Shown here piece by piece: positions 1 through 12,967 of a stretch of 64,000 bases of DNA. This DNA comes from Dimorphilus gyrociliatus (lineage: Eukaryota > Animalia > Annelida): NCBI GenBank assembly GCA_904063045.1, contig CAJFCJ010000001.1:3100001-3164000 (forward strand), written 5' to 3'. The notes under the pieces are model-generated. The model was not told the DNA's origin and searched no databases. It worked only from the letters and a program-made list of their open reading frames with translations. Numbering within the stretch: position 1 is the stretch's first letter; each line of letters begins with the position of its first letter. Both the position numbers and the translations under genes were made by a program.

Positions 1-221
1 TAAACTATTCATATGCAGAGATATATGTATATACTGTATATAGTATGTATCATATCTATCTTCTTCGTATATTCATTTAACTCATTAAAAAATAGTTTGC
101 ACGCCAAAGAATACAGAAAAAGATATAAAAAATAGATTAGATTGTGTGTTTGCGAAATGTGTATAAGTTATATAATTTAAAAACGCTTGAGAAAGATTTG
201 TTTATTCTAGGAGGATATCCT

Positions 222-1215
222 TTATTGTAAAGATGAGTAGGAATTAGCTCTGAAAGTATCAAAATAACGATATATAATATGTAATCTAAATTATTATGTA
301 ACAAACTTACTCTCTTAATTTTTTTACCATCATCAAAATGACAATAACTAGTATAACTATAACTATTCCCATTGGAATTGCAATTGCAGCAGCAACAGTT
401 TTAACTGAGTGATGGAGATAAAAGATAAATCAATAAAAATTTCATCTTTTCTTGGTATTTTTAACAGTAGAATTTATTCTAAATACTTACCAGATACTCC
501 AGCTTTTGTTGGTTCTGGTTTTTTTGTTGATTTTCCTGTGTATGGATGTCCAGTGCTTGTTTTTGATCCACTAGTGGTTTTCGGGACCGTAGTTGTTTCT
601 GGTACTTTAGTCGTGGTTTTCGGTACTTTAGTTGTAGTTTTCGGTACTTTAGTCGTAGTTTTCGATCCCGTAGTTGTTTCTGGTGCTTTAGTCGTGGTTT
701 TCGGTACTTTAGTCGTAGTTTTCGATCCCGTAGTTGTTTCTGGTGCTTTAGTCGTGGTTTTCGGTACTTTAGTCGTAGTTTTCGATCCCGTAGTTGTTTC
801 TGGTGCTTTAGTCGTGGTTTTCGGTACTTTAGTCGTAGTTTTCGATCCTGTAGTTGTTTCTGGTGCTTCAGTCGTGGTTTTCGGTGTTGTGATCGACGAC
901 TTTGGTGCATTACTAGTGTTGCCTATTTGGAAAATTCCCGGTTCAAATTAAATGATCTTTAAATACATATATATATAAATTTATATATACTAATATATAT
1001 ATATTATTAGCTTACCAGTTGTAATGGTGACAAGCAAAAGTAGAGCTGAAATGGAAAAGACAACATTATAATTAGAAAAATTGTCCGTCTACTCTTTAAC
1101 AGCTTCATCTATTTTTTACAGATTTCAAGTAATATATATATATTTTAACAAATTTGAAGATATTTAATAATAATTGTAACTAATCCATACAACAAATTAT
1201 CACAAGAGATTTCAT
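222..1215 (-). CDS. Type I transmembrane sialomucin-like protein (signal peptide, Thr/Lys/Pro-rich repeats, TM helix, short YxxL tail)
   Basis: Hand-spliced exons 1215-1191, 1045-1016, 922-491, 404-311, 249-222, all GT-AG and phase-consistent. Product: MKSLVIICSLLLLVTITTG (signal), TTTKVPKTTTKAPETTTGSK repeats, AAAIAIPMGIVIVILVIVILMMV (TM), KKLREANSYSSLQ*. Confidence 0.8.
570..885 (-). repeat. 60-bp coding tandem repeat (three identical copies at 661-840 plus degenerate flanks)
   Basis: Lines 661, 721 and 781 are identical 60-mers; partial copies on both sides; encodes a 20-aa Thr-rich unit on the minus strand. Confidence 0.95.
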
Positions 1216-1678
1216 GGTTTTTCACGTAGTCTCTGTTAGCTATAATGTCTACAAAATGTCGGTAGGGAAATCACGTGATGTCATGTGACCGTAGACAGAC
1301 ACCCTATCTAGGTTATGATAGAATACAGATCAATACTTTATTTTACCTTAACATTGATAGCCTATTGTCAAATGACTTTGTTAATGATGATAAAAATTGA
1401 GAAAATATTTGCCTAATTGAATATGTAATGCATGTTTTAAAGATTCAAGTGGACTTTGATAAGCAATTGTAGCCTATTACGCAACACACCCCTCTTTTTA
1501 CGCAAAGATACGCCCCCTATCTATATATAGAATGATTAGAATTTATTGTACTCTTTATATAGGCTTTAAAAAATAGCCTAATATGCTTTTTCATGTAAGA
1601 CTTTGCCAATTAAAAAAAAGAAATTTAATATGTAAAAGCAGCTAGTAATGCAGGTTTTGAAAAGATATATATATACAT

Positions 1679-1718
<40 letters not shown>
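1679..1718. repeat. Compound (TA)n(GA)n microsatellite
   Basis: Direct reading of the sequence. Confidence 0.95.
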
Positions 1719-2698
1719 AAGAGAGTTTAGAAAAGGGATTTATAAGATTGCGCAAAGAATTGAACATATTTATTCGTTAACCTCTTCTTAGTTTGTTTTA
1801 TTTAATATATGAGTAAAAAAACAAAAATATGCTCTAATTCAAGTCCTAATTGATTCGTTTTTTCTATATATCATATTAAAAGAAAGCTGAAATCAATGAT
1901 TCTTTGCATGTCATCTTATTGAAATATGAAAGCCTCTTTTAAAGGGAATTAAAGTCAAATATATATATATATAAAATGAGAGAGAGACAGAGAGAAGTGC
2001 AAGTAAGAGAAATATAGATATGTATTATAATGAATAGGTATGTCTTTATCTGCAATAAATGAACAGCAATAATAAACAATGAAGTTGTTAGTTTGTAATT
2101 AAATTTGTCCGTTTTGATATAAAATTATAAACCTTTCCATTTAATAAGACAGTATTAGACCTATATTATTTTATTATAATAAGAGATGCAGTGAACAATA
2201 GATATTAATACATTTAACTAAATTATATATCTGATTAATATTCAAAATTGTTTCATTGTTAAATACAATATTTCATTTTAAAATGAAAGAGAGATTATAT
2301 AATAAAAAGCTATGATACTTGTAGAAAAAAATACTATATACTGTATTATTGTATCCTATTTTCATCCCTTCCTTTTCCCATTCACCCTACCCTTACCTAT
2401 TTTTTACTTTCTAAATTGCGTGACTTCTTTCTGACGACCGCCCTCTTTCGTTAATGTTTTTTTTAGCTCTTAAGTTCTCCTATCCTCTCTTTACAAAAAA
2501 AAGGGAACGAGAGAATTCTATCCCTATTTTTTTTTTACCATAGGATATGTAAACGCTCTTTGAATTTTGATTTTATCTTATTCATTTCCAAGAAAATCGC
2601 GCTTTCACGGAACAGATATAACAATAGTCTTATAATAAACAAACGGAGCGGTACACCGTCTTTGTAGACTTCGTTAATTCTTTTAGTGAATTAGTGGA

Positions 2699-5600
2699 TT
2701 ATAAAACTGTTCCGGGTCCCATCAATGCTCGCGTGTCAAAGCTAGATCTTCTGGAACCGTCTAAGGTGTTAGTTAAACTCTTCGCTCTATCTCTCCTTCT
2801 CTGATTCTCGGAAGGTTCTTGGACTACTAAGAATTGAGAACTCTCGCCGGAGGGTCCTGTCGCCATAATAACTGGATATGCAGAAGCTCTTCTAGCCTGT
2901 AATTCTCTGTGGCAAGGGGCGTCGCCCAGTCTGAGTGTTCCTCTTGTTAAAGGAAGGCTCCTTAAGGCGTCATGAAGTTGCGAATGACCAACTACACCCT
3001 CTGATGAAAGTATGCTTCCCTTCCTACTAGTATTTGCACTCGATCGGCGACTATCACACACCTTAAGGAATTTTTGAACTGTATTAGCTTGTAAGGGTTC
3101 GCTTCCAATTACAATATTTGCAACAATCTCCTTTTCGGATGCGGTCCATCCAGAGGGCGTTATCGTAAACTAGAGTGTGATAAAGTATTACTTTAATAGA
3201 ATGAAATAAGTAGCAGAAAACATTATAAACCACTTACAACTACTGAATACTGAATGTGAATGTTTTTACATTTCGTAGATACAGGTACTTTAGGAATAGG
3301 AAGAGCTTCATTTTCCCATACTTCCGTTTTCCTAGCTCCAGTTTCTCCCTTCGATAAGGATGATATAACCGTATTTATTCTTTTGATTCTATCGTCGGCA
3401 CGATACTTGACAGTCTAAAAACAAGATTAAGATAATCAATTAAATTAATAATGATAACAAGTATAAGTCTACAGAATATTTAAATATTTACTATTATATT
3501 GAGATGATACAGCATTAAATACAAGTATAAATATAGAACATCTATACAAAAAATAGGAATAAATTTTGAGTTTGGCAGCAAACAAACCTGGATTAGTGCT
3601 ACCCTCGACGATACCAACTTCCTACTTGATCCATTAATTATCTCTACATGAATTGGAATTATCTCGCCGCATACGAAACCCTTTCTGGCAACCCGAAATT
3701 CTATAGTTACAGCACCAACGTTACAACAGCATCTGCTCACTTCAAATTCAATTTTCGAGCCGACAGGTCTCTGTTTATTAATAGAGTGCAGTTGAATTAG
3801 GCCTATGAATAATAAGTTTATTATCATCTAGATAGGAGGTAGTAAGGCTGTAAGTGTTAAATGCATTTCTTTTACCTTTGGGAATTATACTATGACTTTA
3901 AGACTATAATGGATTATATTTGTTGCTCTTACCAATATTTCATTCTCGTCGTTAAGGTCGAAATATCCGTTGACTGTGAATTCTTTATCTTTAATTATAC
4001 TATTTTTCCACGCTTTTTCCACTGTAGCTGTCATAACATAATGGATATTTCCCCATTTTCCATTGAACGATGGTGGTAGGGATTTCGATAGATCAAATTT
4101 AAATGGAAATTTGTTCTTCCCTATCCTCAATATTCCATCTTGAGAATCTTTAACAAAACAGTCAGTTGAGTAAGATGTAATTAACGATAATGCTTTTAGT
4201 AAAGAGTAACTCTTTAAAGTTAATTAATCTGTTAATTATGCAAGAAAAATAGTAATTTAAATGAGTAGTTTTTCTTCTTCTGCTACACTATTCATCCCTT
4301 GACGAATGAAATAATTGAAGGAGAATGAAAACAACAAGATATGAAACTCTAGAAAATGGACTTTTTATTGACATCTTCACGGAAAATTAATACGAGAAAA
4401 ATAGAATAACCATGAAAGTTTGTTTTAAAAGGTTTAACGAATCTGAAAGTGTTTTGACATTTGATCCCAAGTATTGATACAGCTGCCTTGTTTTCCAATA
4501 AGGTTTTAAGATTGTTTCCTAAGTTTATAGCTATTTTTCTTACGTAATTTGATTATTATATTTTTTATCTTTACCGCTATTCCTTAAAACTAGTTCATGA
4601 TCAACTAGTACTTGATAATTCTTCACGGAAACCGAAGATGAAGTAGCTTTCGTATAAGATTTCTGAACACTCCAGGAAACTCGAGCCGTACCGTAAATCT
4701 TCAATTTGACAGCTGCAAATAAAAAGTAAAAAAAAAAAGAGAATGAGAGATAAACGATTTATTAGGTGCAGATAATCATTGAAAAAAAAGGTACTTAAAA
4801 AAAACCGTCTAATCAACGACTGAGATAAAAAGTTACTTAAAATAATCCATCAACAGCATTTGACCTTTAGCTATAGCAGTAGGTAATAAGTAAAAAGGAG
4901 AAGGAAAAAAGGCAAAAATTGCAGAAGTTTTGCAGCTGCTATTTACACATTCTAAAGCGAAGTCTAAAGTGATTTGTGCCGCTGTTGCAACTGATGACCT
5001 ATAATCATATAGAATTATTGATTTCGTTGGTTACGACTTTCACTGTCCAGTTTGTATGATTTGATTATGATAATCTTTTCCTAAAAATATTTGTCAAACT
5101 AGCATATATTCAGTTTGGCGAAGGAATCTATGATGAATCAAGGGTTATTGTAGATAACGAGCAGAATTCTAACAATCTTTCCACTTATTGCTGATTGAAT
5201 GTTGACCTTGTTATGTTTGACTTTTACTAGATATTTTTACTTTATTTCTATGAAATACTACTTTCTTGTACGAATTTAATTACAATAATTACATTTCTCT
5301 TCAACAAACCAACTTTTAAAATTTATTCAAATTTATTCAAATTGAATACATTATTCAAGTTTTATGATATTCTAATATTTATTAATTATTTATAAGTTAT
5401 AGTTGCGTTATTTTAGCCTTATTTTCCCAAAATCTAGTGTTTGACTTTACATTTAATTAACATTGATTTTTGAGGAAAAGACTTTCTTGGAAGAAGAGAA
5501 AAAAGAATTAGAAAATGAGAAGGAATGATATAGTTCAACTTGTCAAAGAAGTAGGAAATCCTTGTCGCATAGCGAAATATACGTGAGATTATAAATTTTT

Positions 5601-5750
5601 TGTAGTGTTTAAATGTAAAGTTTAAGAGATTTTACTACTTTGCCTTTTATAATGAGTCATTTTATTCGTTATTTTTTACAAAGGACGCTTAATTATGAAA
5701 AATTTCTTAGAATAACTGCGTCTCCCGCGAACCGGTTCCCTATCTCTCTG

Positions 5751-5798
<48 letters not shown>

Positions 5799-6231
5799 TC
5801 TTTCTTTACTCTCCTTGTCAGATCTATCTGTCCCCTTCTCGTTCACCTCACCTTTCTCTCTCTTTCCCTTCTTTCTCTCCCAAGATACATACTTTTTTGT
5901 CATTAAATATATCCTCTTCCTTATTCCCCTCATAAAAATTATTATCTCATTTCTCTATAATATTAGAATAGGGATTTATTATTACTTCCGTCTAGATAAA
6001 ACGGAATCTCGACTGTCATATTGAACTCAACATAAAGATAATATGAAAATAAAAAGGTTATTATCATATTTTTAGTATTATTTTATTATTGTTATTATTT
6101 ACTTACTAACCTTTGATTTTAACTTGAGTATTCGAATGCACAACAACATCTCCTACGATTTGTTCACCAGCTTTCCAACAAGCTTCCGGTTGATGGAAAT
6201 GGACATCGATATCAATCTGATCCTTAGACAT
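2699..6231 (-). CDS. Alpha-arrestin (arrestin domain-containing protein, ARRDC/TXNIP-like)
   Basis: Exons 6231-6111 (MSKDQIDIDVHF..WKAGEQIVGDVVV), 4712-4575 (AVKLKIYGTARVSWS), ~4148-3933 (FPFKFDLSKSLPPSFNGKWGNIHY), 3770-3588 (RKGFVCGEIIPIHVEIIN), 3414-3238 (LPIPKVPVS..IHIQYSV), 3168-2699 (IVIGSEPL + Ser/Arg tail). These are typical arrestin-N and arrestin-C motifs. Confidence 0.9.
5754..5796. repeat. (CT)n microsatellite in arrestin intron 1
   Basis: Direct reading; source of several spurious SL/ER-repeat ORFs. Confidence 0.95.
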
Positions 6232-6897
6232 GGAGAGAGGCGAATCTTTAAAGATAATTTCCAAACGACGGAAGAGAGCCCGCTAATGCGTCTATGGAAA
6301 AGTTTGCAACTGTCGATTTGGTTTTTTAGGATAGAGCAAAAATTTTCCTTAGCGCCATCTATAACTTATTTGTGTATCATTTTCAAATGCCGAACTACAA
6401 AGATCTCAAAGGACTTAAGAACTAATCGTTATAATATTCAGGATCATTAATCTTTTTCTCAGCCATTTTTCTTTTCGTGACATACATCGTTCAAAATTAG
6501 GCTATACACACATTTAGGGTTAGAAAAGGTAATTGTAATAATTTAGCACCATCTGTTAGCCAATATCTGCTTTCTCTTTGAAAAATGCCTTCTTTTAACC
6601 TTCACTTAATTTTTCCCTGTCAAAACTTGACAAATTTTCACACCGTTTATCTTCTATAATAATCTTTACCATACATTATACACTATTATAAGCCATTATA
6701 TCCACTATTGAATATGTAAAGTTTGGCCCATGTATTAATACTTTGTTCTATTTTATTCTATTTACGAAGTATATTACTCTTATCTTAATTAGTTATAGCT
6801 ATTGGTGTTTTTCAAGTGTTCCTTTTCCCTTAATTGTATTCAATCGCTCAATCATTCATTTAGTCATTCGTTCAGTTCGTTATAGTTTGAGTGAAAA

Positions 6898-8418
6898 ATG
6901 TTAAAAGTCTCTTTTGTAAAGACGGCATTTTATTTCTTTCTGCCTGGTTTCATAATATTCGGACTAACTTTTTTAATTAACTTGTCAAAGCCAGCTTACT
7001 TTCAGCATTTGGTTTCAGAAGGTGAAAGTGAACCTAACTTACGAATTGATGAAAATTTTGTTTCGTTTCGTATATGGATAACAGTGACAGTACTTGCCCT
7101 TTTCTTTGGAATTGTTTCCATCTACATCAAGTTTTTTAGATGTTTCTCATCAATGCTACTTCCCAGTCTGATATCCGCTAGAGGAAGGCTAATACTACTA
7201 ATTATCATACTTCAATTACTCTTTAACGGACCTCTAAATAATTTCCTTCGCAACTCGACAAAATTCGTTGAAATTATCGAATGTTTAATCAAATTTTCCT
7301 TATTTACTATTCAAAAAGAATTAATGAGGGGCGGAACAGATGTTCACAAGTATTCAAAAGTTTTTCAATCTTCTACTTGTAAAGGTAGCGAAGTTTTTCT
7401 CGATTTTATGAATGCTTTAAACAAGAGAATAAGTGACGACACGGGATATCAATTACCTCCGTTTGACGTTCATTTTCCATTAATTAATACAAGTTTTAGA
7501 TTAGCTCAAAAGAATCTAACAATTTACGAATTCTCCAAGAACGATACACTTTGCCCAGAGTTAACGTTTCGATATGATTTCATCAAGATATCGGCGTCAA
7601 AAGACCTCGAAGAAATAACAAGTAATTTCTCACGAGATATGATTAATGGGCTAGAGAAATTTTTATCCGTAATAAACTTTACATCTCAAATCTTTACGTT
7701 TTCAATACTCTTAATTATCGTCTTTGCAAGCTTTAGATTATATCGTTACTATACAGATTTAGAGTATAATAATGTCTATTTATCCAATGAATTCTTTAAT
7801 TTGGATAAGGAGAGAAAAAGTAAAAATCTACCATCTATCCTACCTCTTCAGCCCGAAGAGAAATCCATATATGCATCAAATCCTATTAAACCTACAGTAA
7901 AGAATATACCTTCCTTAATAATCGGTATTATTATTCTTCTAAGTATACTAATACTAGCTATCATCCTCTTTCTCTCCGATTTCTTTATGGCTAAAGTTAT
8001 AACGATAATCAATAAAGAAGCGGTAACCGATATTACAGTAACTGGTTCTATTTTAATACAAAAGGACGAAGAATTTGAGGTGATGCCAAAGAGTTTACAA
8101 GAACTATACAAGGAAATCTTTCCTATACCTTGTACGAACCCTTATAAGTATCATACAAATTTGAACTATAAAGGCGGAACTTGCCTTCCTCTACCGTCAG
8201 AGCCAGTTGTAAACAATTCAATACATTTGAGAACAATTATTATACTTTATTTGTTGCTCGTGTTAATAACGTTCTTTCATACATATGCTGAGAGAATAGA
8301 ACAGTTTACATTTGTTGCTTTCTATAAAGATAAACACAAACTAAGAGTTGAAGCTTTATACGATAACATGCTTGTAAATCGTTACTTAACACAAAAAATC
8401 GAACGAATAAAGAGATAA
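6898..8418 (+). CDS. DC-STAMP family multi-pass membrane protein (intronless, 506 aa)
   Basis: Single long ORF with several hydrophobic helices and family-type motifs ARGRLILL..GPLNNFLRN and YYTDLEYNNVYLSNEFFNLDKERK..ILPLQPEE. Confidence 0.85.
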   Translation: MLKVSFVKTAFYFFLPGFIIFGLTFLINLSKPAYFQHLVSEGESEPNLRIDENFVSFRIWITVTVLALFFGIVSIYIKFFRCFSSMLLPSLISARGRLILLIIILQLLFNGPLNNFLRNSTKFVEIIECLIKFSLFTIQKELMRGGTDVHKYSKVFQSSTCKGSEVFLDFMNALNKRISDDTGYQLPPFDVHFPLINTSFRLAQKNLTIYEFSKNDTLCPELTFRYDFIKISASKDLEEITSNFSRDMINGLEKFLSVINFTSQIFTFSILLIIVFASFRLYRYYTDLEYNNVYLSNEFFNLDKERKSKNLPSILPLQPEEKSIYASNPIKPTVKNIPSLIIGIIILLSILILAIILFLSDFFMAKVITIINKEAVTDITVTGSILIQKDEEFEVMPKSLQELYKEIFPIPCTNPYKYHTNLNYKGGTCLPLPSEPVVNNSIHLRTIIILYLLLVLITFFHTYAERIEQFTFVAFYKDKHKLRVEALYDNMLVNRYLTQKIERIKR

Positions 8419-8571
8419 TTATTTAATATATTTTTAATATTTGCATGGAAATATCAATCTGTAAATATTTTATTTATCTGTTTTCTAATAAAGTTTTAAA
8501 CCTTTTAGAATTCAATATTATTTCATTTTTCTTATCTGCTCTTTAACTTCAGGTACTCGATTATATATTAA

Positions 8572-9317
8572 TTACGCCAAAGCACAATCAATATTAATTA
8601 TTTGAAGGTAAGTAGAATGAGTTAAGAGTACGTATTTCTTATTTTCCATTTCAAATGTTGAGCCAATTCTTGATAATGCCTTCGTTACGATATAATTTTC
8701 CGACAAGTCCAACTTATTGTCAACAGTTACATATACGATGGCCTTTTTTGTGATAGAAGCTTTTACGTGATTCATTATAAAGAATCTAGGGAGTCCTACC
8801 ACAGGAATTGAATACCAATGCGAATTAAAACCTGCAGCATCGGTGTCCAGTTTATCAACTTCGTATTGTGTTGTACCATTCCAGAGGAAAAGGTGAATAT
8901 CTCCGTAATTTTGAGCACTTATAACTAATCGTTGATTATTCACTTCTGTAGAAATAGCTGATCTAAGATAGAAAACGGATGATCTGATTATCGTAAATGC
9001 TGTTGATGAAAGGGAAGAAAAAGGAAAAAGTTAACACTTCTTAATAGTTCTGATATGAAAGAGAATTACGTGTGAAACTCGGTCTCAGTATCTCTATGAC
9101 AGCTATACCATCTCCGCACATGAAACTACAGTGAAATTCCACATTGGCAAATACGATAAATCTACCATTTAATAATTGTAGATCAATAGTACGAATTCTT
9201 CTCGATTCAATGTCATTGTGGTTTAGTAAGTTAACCCAAGTTGTTGAATCGTTGGCCAATTTCCAGAAATTAATTGTTCCGTCTTTACAATAAGAATAAC
9301 ATAATAGATATTTATTG

Positions 9318-9349
<32 letters not shown>

Positions 9350-10360
9350 AGCTATTTACTCATAGTTTCTCGGACAATTAAAAGATATAAATTATTATAT
9401 TCACTAGTCATTGAAGTATGAAGGCTCCATTGTCCAGGAAGAGTTTGTACAACTGTACCAGCTTATTAATATTAAATTAAATAATTTTTTAACTAATTAA
9501 TTGAATTATTACATTAGTAATAAAAATTAAATGTTTAAACTTACAAGTTCCGTCAAATTTAACAATTTTTACACCAGTTATACTAGTAAAAACCAAAAAG
9601 AATTCGCCATTTTTCCAATAAGTAATGAGATTTTCTTCGACAGTTACCTTACAAACAGTTGGAATAACAAAGGCAAGCTGCCATAATTTAAATATTTTAT
9701 CGTATTTTAGTATGTGTGCACACCTGAAAAGGATATTTAATAATTAGTCAAATAGTTTTGATTTCAAGAAGGGAATATACAAGTTTTTCATGTGACAAGC
9801 AATAAAATGTTCAGAATTGTATGTGAAATAGTTGCAAGTTTTTGGATCATCCAGATCAATTTGCTCGCACGTTCCAGTTCTCTTTGCTAAAATAGCAGAT
9901 ATTCTTATTATAATTGCTGTAAATTGGCTAAATTACATTAGTTTCAACTTACTTGGACACATCATATGACAATCGGAAGGTTCATTGGGTTTCGGTGGCT
10001 TGTCTTTTTTCTGTAGAAAGGTTCAGTTATGGAATTTCATTGAAAGGTAGAAAGGAAAGAAAGAAAAGTTATTACCAATCCGAAATAGCCCAATCCGCTT
10101 TGAGTTGCTTCAAAACTTCCATCAAACGTTTTATATAGAAGACAAGATGATGTATTGTAAAAAAAAACATAACATAAATCGTCCAAGCTGCAAGATTCGG
10201 CACATTTTACTCTGCCATTTCCTTTAAGTGTTTTGTACAAATTGCCTTTTGGGGAATCAGTTTCCTTAGTAATGGCAAAAATATTATAATCTGTTGAGGT
10301 AGCTGCCTCTTTAGCTAACCAAAATATTAATACTTTCAGTAATACAAGACTCTTCCACAT
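8572..10360 (-). CDS. Secreted protein with N-terminal PAN/apple-like module and EPTP/EAR-like beta-propeller repeats
   Basis: Signal peptide MWKSLVLLKVLIFWLAKEA; PAN-like CAESCSLDDLCYVFFYNTSSCLLY; about six downstream GT-AG exons in frame with EPTP-like words (YFTYNSEHFIAC, VQTLP, LFLWNG). Some internal boundaries are uncertain. Confidence 0.6.
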
Positions 10361-11726
10361 GTTGGAAAGTCAGAGTGAAAAATGTTAATATAAGCCGTTA
10401 TATTTAAAGGTCAGTTACGGCTTGAGCAATTGACTTTCACTAGATTCTATGGAACTAATACCAAAACGAGATAATTTCTTTGTTCGAGCTATAATTATAA
10501 ATAATCAATCCATTTGATTTTGATTCAAAACATGGAAATAATCATACAGCCTTGTCGCATATCTATTCTCTAATAGACACTACCCTCATAATGACTCAAA
10601 GTAATTATAATAATGTTCATAGTGATTTATGTCTCTGTCTAACACAAGTATTATTTAAGAAGTTTTTGTTGACAAATTCCTTAACCAGTTAATGGTTTTG
10701 CAGGTTAAAAAATATCACTTTTTATTAAACTTTTCACCACTCGAAAAACAAAAACTAAAAATCGACGATATTCTCATAAATTTTTAATTAAAAAGTGAAA
10801 AATCATTTTCGTATTGAATAGATTTATTGATTTTCTGGAGAATGCATCAAAAAACTAGATTTCTAATATATCTGTAGAGAAATTTATTGTGATGAAAGCT
10901 ATCGAGTCTGTACTCTTTGTCACTCTCCCTCTCTCTCTCTCTCTCTCCTTTCTCTCTCTCATTGTGATAACTTTTCCCTTTGCTTTCATTAATTTTTGTT
11001 AAGATGACACATGAAAGAAATGAAAGATATTAATCTTGAATTGAAAAATAATAACTACTTAAATTAGACATCGACGAAATGTAGTTTTGTACTTCAACAC
11101 CATCTGAAGAGTTTTAATATCTGTTTACACAATGTAAACTATATTATATATGCATTATATGTATTTTATACTAAAATCTATATTTACACTTTTAAGAGTA
11201 AAAAATAACATTTAACAAGACTTTTATATTGATGAATTGTCATAGCATAAATCTCAATTTTCTTGGTAATTTTGTATTATATTCTTTCAGAAATCCCTTG
11301 GGTTCCTTTAGTAATATCGTATAAATGACAAGGGCAAAGATTTATCAAAATAATCTTCATTCTATATTTAGAATATATATATATATATTATATCATAACT
11401 TTAAAAAGTTGTTCATGAAACAGTATATATCTTTTTTACCACACACAGGAAACGATCTCTTTAAATTAGAGATCAATTTAGAGATTTTCACATTGGCTTG
11501 TAGGACAATAATAATTAATACCAATTCAAACCTTTTTTATCAATTTAATATACTATATAGTATATTTTACTCTGTCATCAATAGGACATAATAATAAGTT
11601 TGAGACGGAACGTGTGGGCCTTCTCTTTTATTCTTTTATACATTTTGCAATGTACCTCTTTCTTTCTTCTAGGCTTATTTATGAAAGAGTAATAATTTTA
11701 GATAATGGAAACTTGATATATTATAC

Positions 11727-11761
<35 letters not shown>

Positions 11762-12229
11762 TGTGTGTCTATTGCAATGTTGTATGGACATAGTCCTTGC
11801 ATGAGTAAAGTTTTAGAAATTTCAGATAGTGATTTTCAAATTCAATTGTTAACTTTTCAACATTTTAAGCATAAAACATACGATATTCTCTACATATAAA
11901 CAAACTTCAATAAAGAAACACTCCTCAGTCAAAATTTAAAAGTTGTTATTCCCCGCTAATTGATTTTGCTTTTCATTGTCAAAAATACACTTAAACACAA
12001 AACAGGAAGAAAATTTTGGGAGAGCAAAATATCCTTTCTTGTTTCAGTTTTTGAAGAATTCTTGTCAATGCTGTCATAATTTAAAAAATAGAAAGTTCCG
12101 TTTCAACTCAATTGGCAAATCAAGTAGCTTAAAGATTAGACTCTTTTACTTGATTCCTGTTTGTAAACAACATTAAAAAGTTGCTATAATACTAAGACAC
12201 ATTCTTTTTCAGCTGTATCAATAATTTCC

Positions 12230-12967
12230 AGTGTTTCACTCTTATCATTTAAGATATTTAAACTGTTTGATTCTTGTTGTAATGAAGTATGATCTATTTG
12301 ATACGCTGAAATTATATTAGACACGTTCTCTGGGATAAATTCCATCGTTAACCGAGTTCCTGCTATATTGTCGCAATATGTCAGTTCTGAAATATACGAT
12401 TACATAAGAGTAGCTATAAATGATTATATACGCGATGTTTAAGTAAGCTTACGATTTTTATATCTTTCATTGTGTACTATATTAATCTCTTGTGGAGTTA
12501 GGTGACAGCTAAAGAGATCAGACAAATTACAAGCTTTAGTTCTCGTAGGTAAGTTTAAATCTTTCCGAAGGAACTTCTTGAGTGAATAAATTATACAGCT
12601 ATAAATGACGAAGACTAATACCAATGTAACAGCTATATTTATGATGATGATCCCGATATAGAATCGATTCAGTGACAAATCATTCAATCTGGTTGGATTT
12701 ACTGTTGGTTGTGTATAATTAACACGTAAACATTTATGTGCTGAAAAATATCAACGAATGAACAATGAGATATAGATTAAACCAAAAATATCTTTTACCA
12801 TAGTCACTACAAAAATGGTGGCAATCTATATCCTGCTTCAGGTTTGGTTCGCATAAATCGGAACACGATATTCTTTGTAGTGTAGCAGGATCTTCGTAAG
12901 AACATTCTTGACAAAATTGTTTCAAATTTTCAGGTTTTTCAATGAAATTCATTGTCAATCTAACCAT
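12230..12967 (-). CDS. TNF-receptor-like type III membrane protein, paralog 1 (single TACI/BCMA/Grindelwald-type Cys-rich domain)
   Basis: Exon 12967-12799: FCQECSYEDPATLQRISCSDLCEP..DCHHFC; next exon encodes TM IGIIIINIAVTLVLVFVIYSCIIY followed by KKFLRK; no signal peptide. The 3' end is uncertain. Confidence 0.65.

Noticed and set aside
409-951. 180-aa Val-rich plus-strand ORF and 143-aa Arg/Lys/Gln-rich minus ORF (479-910)
   Set aside because: Shadow frames of the Thr-rich mucin repeat; only the Thr frame links by proper splice sites to a signal peptide and TM exon.
5130-5195. C/D-box-like pair (ATGATGA..CTGA) in arrestin intron 1
   Set aside because: Opposite strand to the host gene, no terminal stem and no recognisable rRNA guide.
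5640-6024. Short ORFs with SLSLSL/ERERER runs (also 20786, 26247, 53695, 54927, 54946)
   Set aside because: Translations of CT/GA microsatellites.
6124-6450. 108-aa plus-strand ORF
   Set aside because: Antisense to arrestin exon 1 and its promoter; no recognisable motif.
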